From an uncultured Candidatus Saccharibacteria bacterium (GTDB taxonomy: Bacteria; Patescibacteriota; Minisyncoccia; Minisyncoccales; Staskawiczbacteraceae): a stretch of 64,000 bases of DNA. Position 1 is the first letter of the stretch. Every line of letters starts with the position of its first letter. The translations under genes and the position numbers were made by a program. The notes below the pieces were generated by a model, which did not search any database, had not been told where the DNA came from, and saw nothing but the letters and a program-made list of their open reading frames with translations. This document shows, one piece after another, positions 34,459 to 42,446 of the stretch. The stretch covers positions 4,895 through 68,894 of the forward strand of contig CAYRHW010000003.1 of assembly GCA_964424305.1 (NCBI GenBank), given 5' to 3'.

Positions 34459-34668
34459 CTAAAAAAGCTGCGGGATATACTCCAACAGCAAAGAGGCCAA
34501 AACAACTACAAAAAATCCTACTAAAAAAAACTTAAAAGTATATATTAGGGGCACAACCAAAAACGTTGATTTTGCTTCGTGCCAATAAAAGACAAAACCG
34601 AAAAAGATGATATAGAATAATGCGGTCGCTATTAATAGAATCTGAATTCCCAGAAGGAAATAGATCAT
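34459..34668 (-). CDS. Small membrane protein (2 TM)
   Basis: 69 aa and hydrophobic. Confidence 0.4.
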   Translation of the reverse strand: MIYFLLGIQILLIATALFYIIFFGFVFYWHEAKSTFLVVPLIYTFKFFLVGFFVVVLASLLLEYIPQLF

Positions 34669-34678
34669 GTAAAACTTT

Positions 34679-35707
34679 TTAGGCTGTTTGAGTTTTCCTT
34701 AAAATGTATTTTCCCTTTTCGTCTCTGCTAAATAACTTTTTGTCGTTAAGATTCATTAGGATAGTATTCTTCGCAACCATTCTTTGGTCAAGAACTTTTT
34801 GCACCAAGACTTCCTTGGTTAAAGAATCAGCGCTCTCCTTTATCGTTTTAACGATTACATCTTTAACAGTTCCTGGGTTATACCCCCATTGCTTTAAAGC
34901 ATAAATACCACGACCGACTAGGACGAATCTATCATCTTTAATCAATTCGTTGTGTACTGTTTGAGGTAAGGTTTTTTTGTTCGGAAGGTTGTAGTTAAAG
35001 CTATCGATCAAAGAAGCCACTTTTGTAAAATGTAGTGGTTTGTTTTCTTTCTGGAAAACTAAAAAGGATTTGTCTCTAACCCCCTTTGGGTTAATTTCTG
35101 GCCAATCAACTAAACCAATTTGTCCTTCTGTGTTTTCTTTGATATTCTTAGAAGCCTCAAGATAAGAGTTAAGGACTATTGGAGTTAAATTGTACTTGCT
35201 GGCGAATTGGGCAACAAATTCTTTTTTGGCCATTGGTTTGCCTTGTTTTTTTAAATCCGCGACCAAATTAGCCAAAAATGCATTAGTTGCTTTCTCACCG
35301 CTATCTACGGTAGACCAAAAAGAATACAAATCTCTTTTTTCACAAACTCTTGAAAACTGCTCTCCTAGGGTTAGGAGGAATAGGATGTAAGGTTTTTCAT
35401 TTTTTCCGCCCAAATCTTCTAAAGCTAAATCTTCTCTGCGGAAGCCTCCTTTGCTTTTTAAATAGCTGGAAAGTTCTTTAAATATCTTTTCTAGGGCCTC
35501 TTTCTTTCCATTTTTGATGTTAACAAAACCAGCGTCCTGTATCTGACGCACTCTTTCCCTTGTTACTCCCATGGTTTGACCAATGGATTCTAGTGTTTCT
35601 TGTTCCTTTCCACCAATGCCAAATCTGCGGGCAAAAACTTCTTTTGTTTTATCCGAAAGGCCTTTTACAAGGCTTGCATATATCGCTGAATAATTAACTT
35701 TTTCCAT
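34679..35707 (-). CDS. Sigma-70 region-4-like HTH plus C-terminal HARE-HTH-like domain protein
   Basis: TLESIGQTMGVTRERVRQIQDAG is a sigma region 4.2 helix-turn-helix. C-terminal RFVLVGRGIYALKQWGY is a HARE-HTH-type motif. Confidence 0.6.
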   Translation of the reverse strand: MEKVNYSAIYASLVKGLSDKTKEVFARRFGIGGKEQETLESIGQTMGVTRERVRQIQDAGFVNIKNGKKEALEKIFKELSSYLKSKGGFRREDLALEDLGGKNEKPYILFLLTLGEQFSRVCEKRDLYSFWSTVDSGEKATNAFLANLVADLKKQGKPMAKKEFVAQFASKYNLTPIVLNSYLEASKNIKENTEGQIGLVDWPEINPKGVRDKSFLVFQKENKPLHFTKVASLIDSFNYNLPNKKTLPQTVHNELIKDDRFVLVGRGIYALKQWGYNPGTVKDVIVKTIKESADSLTKEVLVQKVLDQRMVAKNTILMNLNDKKLFSRDEKGKYILRKTQTA

Positions 35708-35781
35708 AAAACTATATATATTGAATATTGTTCTATTTAACCATATTTAAATCCCCTTGTCAAGCCCTAAACCCAAGCCCT

Positions 35782-36690
35782 CTATTTCCCGCTTAATGCC
35801 CTCTTTTCTTTCCATTTTAACCAGGTTACCAACAAAGGACTAGCAATAAAAATAGAAGAGTAGGCCCCTGAAGTGATACCGATTATCAAGGCTAAGGCAA
35901 AATATTTTAAAGTTTCTCCCCCGAAAAAGAAGAGTGAGAATAGGACTAATAAGGTGGTAAACACGGTTCCAACTGATCTGCCTAGTGTCTGGCTTAAACT
36001 CCAATTGACTGTTTCTCCGAAGGATTTCATTCCTTTCCTTAATATGTTCTCTCTGATTCTATCAAAAATGACGATTGTATCGTGGACGGAAAAACCCAAA
36101 ACAGTAAGCAACGCAGCAATAATTGGAACTGTAATTTCAACGTTATAATAATGGCCCAAGACAGAGAACACTCCAATTGGCACCAAAACGTCGTGGAAAA
36201 GAGCGATCAAAGAAGTAATACCATATTTCCAAGAAGAAACTGGTCTAGATACCTTTCTGAAGGCCAGGGCGATATATATAGTTATTGCCAATAAAGCCAA
36301 AACTATAGCTAACTCTGTTTTTTGTTTTAGCTCATTGCCGATAGAAGGCCCGATGAATTCAAATCTTTTCTCTTCAACCTTCGATATCTCATTTATCTTG
36401 GTAATTATCTGTTGGTGAGTGGGCTCATCTACGCCCTTAAATCTCAAAACCATATCTTTGGCCCCAACTGGTTGAATTGTTACCTCCCCCAAGTTAAAGG
36501 TTGCTAGGGCGGCTGATACGGCATCGTTTGATGGTCTATCTCCCTGGAATGATAATTCGGCGATACTTCCGCCGGTGAACTCAATACCAAATTTCAATCC
36601 AAAATTAAACAAGGCGACAATTGTTGCTACCACTAAAAGTATTGAGAAAATGTAGTAAACTGCTGAATATTTTGTAAAATTTATATTCAT
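35782..36690 (-). CDS. secF: Protein translocase subunit SecF (start re-called to the ATG at 36690)
   Basis: 6-TM SecF pattern (GIEFTGG, HDVLVPIG, DTIVIFDRIREN). Lies directly after secD. Confidence 0.9.
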   Translation of the reverse strand: MNINFTKYSAVYYIFSILLVVATIVALFNFGLKFGIEFTGGSIAELSFQGDRPSNDAVSAALATFNLGEVTIQPVGAKDMVLRFKGVDEPTHQQIITKINEISKVEEKRFEFIGPSIGNELKQKTELAIVLALLAITIYIALAFRKVSRPVSSWKYGITSLIALFHDVLVPIGVFSVLGHYYNVEITVPIIAALLTVLGFSVHDTIVIFDRIRENILRKGMKSFGETVNWSLSQTLGRSVGTVFTTLLVLFSLFFFGGETLKYFALALIIGITSGAYSSIFIASPLLVTWLKWKEKRALSGK

Positions 36691-36694
36691 AATA

Positions 36695-38119
36695 TTAAAG
36701 AAGCCATTTAAGTTTTTCCATTCTCTTGCCGACAAAAACCATTAACAAAATTCTGGTGATGAATATTGCCGAGAATAAACTTACTAAAATACCGATACTT
36801 AGGGTTAAAGCAAAACCCTTGATAAAGCTAGTTGCGAAAGTGAATAAGATTGCACAAACAATTAAGGAATTCAGATTACTGTCCCTAATTGATGGCCATG
36901 CTCTCTTAAATCCTTCTTCAATTGCTGCAGACAACGGCTGGCCATTTTTAATTTCTTCTCTCATCCTGGCAAAAATCAAAATATTAGCATCAACCGCCAT
37001 ACCGATAGACAATACAAAACCACCAATGCCAGCCAGCGTTAGGGTTACTGGGATAAGTTTAAATAAAGCTAATGCAATCGCTATATATATCGTTAAAGCA
37101 ACGGAGGCTAAAACTCCGGGCCAACGATAAATCAAAATCATAAATAAGACTACTGCTAAAAATCCGTACAAACCTGCCATGAGCGACTTTTCCAACGAGA
37201 CGGCTCCTAGGGTTGGGCCGACTGTCTGTTGAGAAATTGGAGCGCCAATTTTAACTGGAAGAGCTCCGGAATTTAGACGTCTTACTATTTGATTAGCCTT
37301 TTCAGTACTCATATCTCCTCCGGAGATAACGGCCTTCCCACCCGTAATCTTATCTTCTACAATTGGAGCATATAGATCTTGGTTATCGATTATTCCATCA
37401 CCATTTGTATCAACGATTGATTTCCCATCTAAAAATATCGCTAAAGGTTTCTTTATATTCCTGGCTGTAATATCTTCAAACAACTTTGACCCTTCATCAT
37501 TAAACTGTAGTTGCACAGTCGCCTTATAGCTTGTCTGATCAAAGATAACCCTGGAAGCTTTTAAATATTTACCAGTTAATTCAGTTGCAACAAAATACGG
37601 GTTTTCAAGGGCTAACTGCCAATCCTTTACCTTCTGAATGGCTTCGGTATCTTTCCCATCTAATTCTTTTATCTTATCTAATATCTTTTGAGTATCTGCT
37701 TCGGGTCTTTGCTCTAAAAATTCGAGATAGGGAGTTTCACCTATCATCTTAATGGCATCGTCAACATTGGTCACACCGGCCAATTCAACAACTAATCTAT
37801 TTTCTCCTTGTACCTGTACAACCGGTTCTGTTACTCCAAAAAGATTCACCCTTCTTTCTATAACATCACGCAATCCTGCCATTGCTTCGGATTTGCTTCT
37901 ATCGCCAATACTCGCCAAATCAGCCTCGTAAACTAAACTTACCCCGCCCTGGAGATCTAACCCTAGCCTGAAAGGTTTAACCCAGAAATGAGGAATGCTT
38001 TGAGAGAGTTTACTATTAAAAATATCAATACCTTTATTTAGGTAATCTGGATAAACAAAATTCGCGGCAAAAAAGGCAACGACCAAGACTGCTATTAATA
38101 TTGAGTATTTTTGTTTCAT
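36695..38119 (-). CDS. secD: Protein translocase subunit SecD
   Basis: LGLDLQGG, a periplasmic P1 domain and C-terminal TM block with GMAVDANILIFARMREE. Confidence 0.9.
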   Translation of the reverse strand: MKQKYSILIAVLVVAFFAANFVYPDYLNKGIDIFNSKLSQSIPHFWVKPFRLGLDLQGGVSLVYEADLASIGDRSKSEAMAGLRDVIERRVNLFGVTEPVVQVQGENRLVVELAGVTNVDDAIKMIGETPYLEFLEQRPEADTQKILDKIKELDGKDTEAIQKVKDWQLALENPYFVATELTGKYLKASRVIFDQTSYKATVQLQFNDEGSKLFEDITARNIKKPLAIFLDGKSIVDTNGDGIIDNQDLYAPIVEDKITGGKAVISGGDMSTEKANQIVRRLNSGALPVKIGAPISQQTVGPTLGAVSLEKSLMAGLYGFLAVVLFMILIYRWPGVLASVALTIYIAIALALFKLIPVTLTLAGIGGFVLSIGMAVDANILIFARMREEIKNGQPLSAAIEEGFKRAWPSIRDSNLNSLIVCAILFTFATSFIKGFALTLSIGILVSLFSAIFITRILLMVFVGKRMEKLKWLL

Positions 38120-38167
38120 AAATAATGCTCTTATTATACCTATATATTAAAATTTATCAAGCCTTTT

Positions 38168-38635
38168 CTAGATATTTAATCTCTCGATAATCTTGAGCTC
38201 TAGTTTATCGGTTTTCGTATCGTAGGTTGCGAATGTAGCTTTGTTATAAATCCCGGCTGCCTCTCCTGGATTCACTAATTTACACTCCCCCACCATACTC
38301 TCCCAAGGCTTATGGGTGTGACCGTGGAAAACCAAATCATATTTTTTAGTATTACATAATTCGTTGGCTTCCGTTGGGAAATGAGTAAAAGCTATTCTCT
38401 TTCCATCAATCTCCACTTCTTCAAACTCATTTAATCCCTCGATACTAACATCGGCATTGCCTCTAGCGAATTTGGCCTCTCCCTTAAAAGTGTCTCCAAT
38501 CATCTTTATTGTTTCTTTAGAGTTAATATCTCCGCAATGCAAAAGCAGAGTTATCTCTTCTTTGTTCAACCAATTAATAACGTTTTTAACGTTGGCTAGG
38601 TTGTCGTGAGTATCTGAAATGATTGCGAACTTCAT
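38168..38635 (-). CDS. YfcE/MJ0936-family metallophosphoesterase
   Basis: Motifs ISDTHD, HCGD and GHTH. Confidence 0.8.
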   Translation of the reverse strand: MKFAIISDTHDNLANVKNVINWLNKEEITLLLHCGDINSKETIKMIGDTFKGEAKFARGNADVSIEGLNEFEEVEIDGKRIAFTHFPTEANELCNTKKYDLVFHGHTHKPWESMVGECKLVNPGEAAGIYNKATFATYDTKTDKLELKIIERLNI

Positions 38636-38639
38636 TAAT

Positions 38640-38873
38640 CTATTCTTTTATATATTTAAACCTTGGGATCTTTCTACCATCAACTTCGACCTCCTCTGAG
38701 AACATTCCAATTGGGCGAACCCACATCTGTCCATCGCCATCTAGGTGCTGGTAAGCGACTAGTTCCTCTTGGGTTTCAGAATGTTTCGCCAAACCAATAA
38801 CCTTGTATCTCTCTCCCTTAAAATGCTGATAAATATCGCCAGGATTTATCTCCATGGAATTACGATTCTTCAA
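38640..38873 (-). CDS. DUF1653-like small protein
   Basis: YQHFKGERYKVIGLAKHSETQEELVAYQ matches my recollection of the DUF1653 core. Confidence 0.55.
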   Translation of the reverse strand: MKNRNSMEINPGDIYQHFKGERYKVIGLAKHSETQEELVAYQHLDGDGQMWVRPIGMFSEEVEVDGRKIPRFKYIKE

Positions 38874-39168
38874 GAATTATTTTATCTTTGAACCCTCCTC
38901 TTTCTGCCGCCTTTTTCTTTTTCGTATTATCTAACTCTATTTTATCTATCTTTAAATAGTCACAGATGGCATCTACCACCTCGAGAATGTCTGCCAACTC
39001 TTCTGCCACAGAATTTTGACTGAATTCATTAACCTCTTCTTGGAGTTTCTCTTTCAATTTACTCCAATATTCTTCATCTCCCGCAATATGGGTAACGGGG
39101 CTTCCTCCTTTCTGCTTAATGATCTCTGGGATCCTATCCCTGATTAGTTTGTTATATTTTATTGTCAT
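38860..39168 (-). CDS. MazG-like / PRA-PH-like NTP pyrophosphohydrolase (third all-alpha NTP-PPase in the window)
   Basis: KLIRDRIPEII...EEVNEF...EELADILEVV. Its start overlaps the hicA stop by 4 nt. Confidence 0.65.
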   Translation of the reverse strand: MTIKYNKLIRDRIPEIIKQKGGSPVTHIAGDEEYWSKLKEKLQEEVNEFSQNSVAEELADILEVVDAICDYLKIDKIELDNTKKKKAAERGGFKDKIILEES

Positions 39169-39356
39169 TCACTTTTTACATCTAATCCTAGATCGCGACA
39201 TATCTTTTTTGCCAGAAAATTATTTATCTCGTTATGCCGGGGAACTGTTGATACATTTTTAGTTTGAGAATTAAAAAAGACGCTATGTTTTGCGCCCTCC
39301 CGTATCAATACACACCCATTTTGGACAAGATACTTTATTAAATCTTTCCTTTTCAT
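39165..39356 (-). CDS. hicA: HicA-family mRNA interferase toxin
   Basis: 63 aa. GAKHSVFFN...TVPRHNEINNFLAKKICRDLGL is the HicA/YcfA signature. Confidence 0.85.
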   Translation of the reverse strand: MKRKDLIKYLVQNGCVLIREGAKHSVFFNSQTKNVSTVPRHNEINNFLAKKICRDLGLDVKSE

Positions 39357-39586
39357 TCAAGACAAATTGACAATGGCTCTCTTATCACCTTCCCCTTTAT
39401 CTCTTCGTTTACTATTTTATTGGCCTCCAAAACTAACAATATCGCCTCTTTAAGGTTTTCTTTTACCTCTTTAATGGTTCTACCCTGTGAATTCGCACCA
39501 GGGATCTCCTCTATCCAGCCAATGTATTGCTTTCCTATTTTTTTATATAATGCAGTAAATTGTCTTACCATATTTTTATTGTACAT
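39353..39586 (-). CDS. hicB: HicB-family antitoxin (short form without obvious DNA-binding domain)
   Basis: YIGWIEEIPGANSQGRTIKEVKENLKEAILLVLE is the HicB N-terminal fold motif. A 4-nt overlap joins it to hicA. Confidence 0.8.
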   Translation of the reverse strand: MYNKNMVRQFTALYKKIGKQYIGWIEEIPGANSQGRTIKEVKENLKEAILLVLEANKIVNEEIKGKVIREPLSICLE

Positions 39587-39633
39587 CTTCGGATGGTTAT
39601 GTCAACTTTTGATTTTTCGCAACACTCTAGGAA

Positions 39634-39909
39634 CTATTCCAGCGAAATAACCTGCACCCCCTTCTCCTTAATTACATCCTCTTGACCAAAATCATTCAAT
39701 TTAAACTTTAAAATATACCCAACCTTTTTCTCTATACTTCTCCCTGTGTATTGTTTTGTTTTTGGATCCCATTCTTCAAGTATTAAAGTATCTCCCTCGT
39801 TAATCTCAAAATCTGCTACCCTTAATTCAAAGTTTTTCTTCCCAGAGGAAATCGCATTAAAATATTCTGGCCAAGTTTTCTTCTTAATTATTGCCATATT
39901 ATTTCCCAC
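39634..39909 (-). CDS. ASCH/DUF3850-like small protein
   Basis: KTWPEYFNAISSGKKNFELRVADF..GD.L.L.EW is an ASCH-type beta-barrel pattern. Confidence 0.6.
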   Translation of the reverse strand: MGNNMAIIKKKTWPEYFNAISSGKKNFELRVADFEINEGDTLILEEWDPKTKQYTGRSIEKKVGYILKFKLNDFGQEDVIKEKGVQVISLE

Positions 39910-42346
39910 AACATTTTTTATACTTCATCGGCTCTCCTGTCACGGGATTCTTTTTCCCACAGGGACACGGATCATTCCGTCCCGGCTCATCCTTATTTGC
40001 TACTGGAGCAACTACTTGAGCCGGCCTTTGTGATTGTGGCTTCAGCTCAGCTTTTAATATGTTATTTGCAATTGCATTTTCTGTTTCTTCTAACAATCTT
40101 TGAAACATCATTCTTCCTTCCTTTTTATATTCTATTAAAGGATCTTGCTGGCCGTAGGCTCTCAATTTTACAGAATCTCTTAGATAGTCCATGTCTTCTA
40201 GGTGCTCAATCCAGTAAGTATCTAAAACCTTAAGGCAAACAAACTTCGCTAGTTGATTCATATTGTCCGCTCCAACTTCTTTTTCTTTTTTATCATAATC
40301 TTCTTGAGTAAACCCAGCCTTCCCAATAACTTCTACGATATATTCTTTTAAAGTATTAGCAGCTGATCTCTCTAATACCTCTTTCCTTCTTTTGTAAAAC
40401 ACTTCTCTGTGTTTATTCATTACCTCGTCATAATCTAGAACGTGTTTTCTTGCATCGAAATTGAATCCTTCCACTTTTTCTTGGGCTCCCTCGATTGCCT
40501 TTGAAATCATCCCGGACTCAATGGCCTCATCTTCGGGCATGTTAAACATCTGCATTACCCCCTTTATCTTATCTCCACCAAAAACTCTCATTAAGTCATC
40601 TTCTAAAGAAACGAAAAACTGAGAAGACCCTGGATCTCCCTGTCTACCAGCTCTACCTCTAAGCTGGTTATCGATTCTTCTGGCCTCGTGCCTCTCTGTT
40701 CCAATAACATGCAGACCACCAGCTGTAATAACCTTCTTCTGTTCCTCTATATCTACTGGGATTCCTCCTAAGATAATATCCACTCCACGACCAGCCATAT
40801 TAGTAGCAATAGTTACCGCTCCAAACTTACCAGCTTGAGCAATAATTTCAGCTTCCTTTTCATGATTCTTAGCATTAAGTATTTTATAATCAACGCCCTC
40901 TCTCTCCAAAAACTTTCCAAGGAGTTCGTTCTTCTCGATCGAGACTGTGCCAACCAAAACTGGCTGACCATTTTTGTTCCTCTCTTTTATTTCCCGCACC
41001 ACCGCCCTAAACTTTCCCTCAATCGACTTATATATCCTATCGGGCAAATCTTTTCTTATCATTAACTTATTCGTTGGGATAGACTCAACATCTAATTTGT
41101 ATACCTTATCAAATTCTTCGGCCGAGGTTTGGGCGGTACCCGTCATTCCAGAAAGCTTTTTGTACATTCTAAAATAGTTCTGGAAAGTAATTGTTGCCCA
41201 AGTTTTGGATTCTTCCTGTACCTTCACCCCTTCCTTGGCTTCTATCGCTTGATGTAACCCAGCTGACCATCTTCGACCAGGCATCAATCTGCCGGTGAAT
41301 TCATCAACAATAATAATCTCGTTGTTTTTTACAACATAGTCCTTGTCTTTCTGGAATATTGTTTTTGCTTTCAAGGCCGACTCTAATTGATGGGTGGTTG
41401 ATATATCATTATCTATCCATGGGTCAAAGCCCAATTCCTTTATTACTACATTCTGACCAGCTTCGGTAAAAGTAGCTGCTTTTAACTTTTCGTCAACCTC
41501 ATAGTCCCTTGTTTCTTCAAGTTTGGTTGCTAGCTTTGCAAAAGTATAATACTTATCCGTAGATTCTCCTCCGGGAGAAGAAATGATCAAGGGGGTTCTT
41601 GCTTCATCGATTAAGATGGAATCAATTTCATCAACAATGGCGTAATTGTGGCCGCGCTGCGATTCTTGTTCTAGGCCATATACCATATTGTCTTTTAAAT
41701 AGTCGAATCCATATTCGTTATTGGTTCCGTAGGTTATGTCAGCAGCATAGGCCTCTTTTCTAGTAACTGGCCTTAGAAAATCTTCGAATACCTTAAAGCT
41801 ACCTAAAATATCTCTGGCCTTATCTTCTGTGGCCTGGGCCTGTTTGTAGTTTGGATCGTAAAGAAAGGATTGTTCGTGCCCGATACATCCCACGGTCAAG
41901 CCAAGGAAGCTATAGATCTGCCCCATCCAGACAGCATCTCTTCTCGATAGATAATCATTAACCGTTACAATGTGTACCCCTTCGCCAGGCAAGGCATTCA
42001 AATACGCCGATAGTGCTGAAGTTAAAGTTTTACCTTCTCCCGTCTTCATTTCAGACAACTTTCCTTGGTGTAGAACAACGGCACCAATTAACTGAACATC
42101 AAATGGTCTTTGTTTTAATGTTCTTCTGGCCGCTTCTCGAGCCACTGCAAAGGCCTCTGGCAATATATCATCCAAAGTTTTCCCTTCAGTTAATAATTTT
42201 CTAAATTCTTCTGTCTTCTTATTGAAGTTTTCATCGGCCTCCTTCTTTAACCCTTCTTCAAAAGAATTAATTTTATCAACTACCGGCGATAAAGATTGTA
42301 TATATCTTTGGTGAGAACCACCAAAGATGCCTCCTAGGAATGACAT
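39899..42346 (-). CDS. secA: Preprotein translocase ATPase SecA
   Basis: MKTGEGKTL, DEIDSILIDEARTPLIIS and TNMAGRGVDI. C-terminal zinc site CPCGKK...KKCCGK. Confidence 0.97.
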   Translation of the reverse strand: MSFLGGIFGGSHQRYIQSLSPVVDKINSFEEGLKKEADENFNKKTEEFRKLLTEGKTLDDILPEAFAVAREAARRTLKQRPFDVQLIGAVVLHQGKLSEMKTGEGKTLTSALSAYLNALPGEGVHIVTVNDYLSRRDAVWMGQIYSFLGLTVGCIGHEQSFLYDPNYKQAQATEDKARDILGSFKVFEDFLRPVTRKEAYAADITYGTNNEYGFDYLKDNMVYGLEQESQRGHNYAIVDEIDSILIDEARTPLIISSPGGESTDKYYTFAKLATKLEETRDYEVDEKLKAATFTEAGQNVVIKELGFDPWIDNDISTTHQLESALKAKTIFQKDKDYVVKNNEIIIVDEFTGRLMPGRRWSAGLHQAIEAKEGVKVQEESKTWATITFQNYFRMYKKLSGMTGTAQTSAEEFDKVYKLDVESIPTNKLMIRKDLPDRIYKSIEGKFRAVVREIKERNKNGQPVLVGTVSIEKNELLGKFLEREGVDYKILNAKNHEKEAEIIAQAGKFGAVTIATNMAGRGVDIILGGIPVDIEEQKKVITAGGLHVIGTERHEARRIDNQLRGRAGRQGDPGSSQFFVSLEDDLMRVFGGDKIKGVMQMFNMPEDEAIESGMISKAIEGAQEKVEGFNFDARKHVLDYDEVMNKHREVFYKRRKEVLERSAANTLKEYIVEVIGKAGFTQEDYDKKEKEVGADNMNQLAKFVCLKVLDTYWIEHLEDMDYLRDSVKLRAYGQQDPLIEYKKEGRMMFQRLLEETENAIANNILKAELKPQSQRPAQVVAPVANKDEPGRNDPCPCGKKNPVTGEPMKYKKCCGK

Positions 42347-42446
42347 AGTGTTTAATTAAATAATTTCCTTCATATTAAAGTAAAAAGGGGGCGTTGTAAA
42401 CTTAAAACCGCCCGGTAGGGCGGCTTAAGTTCAAACAATTTTCTCC

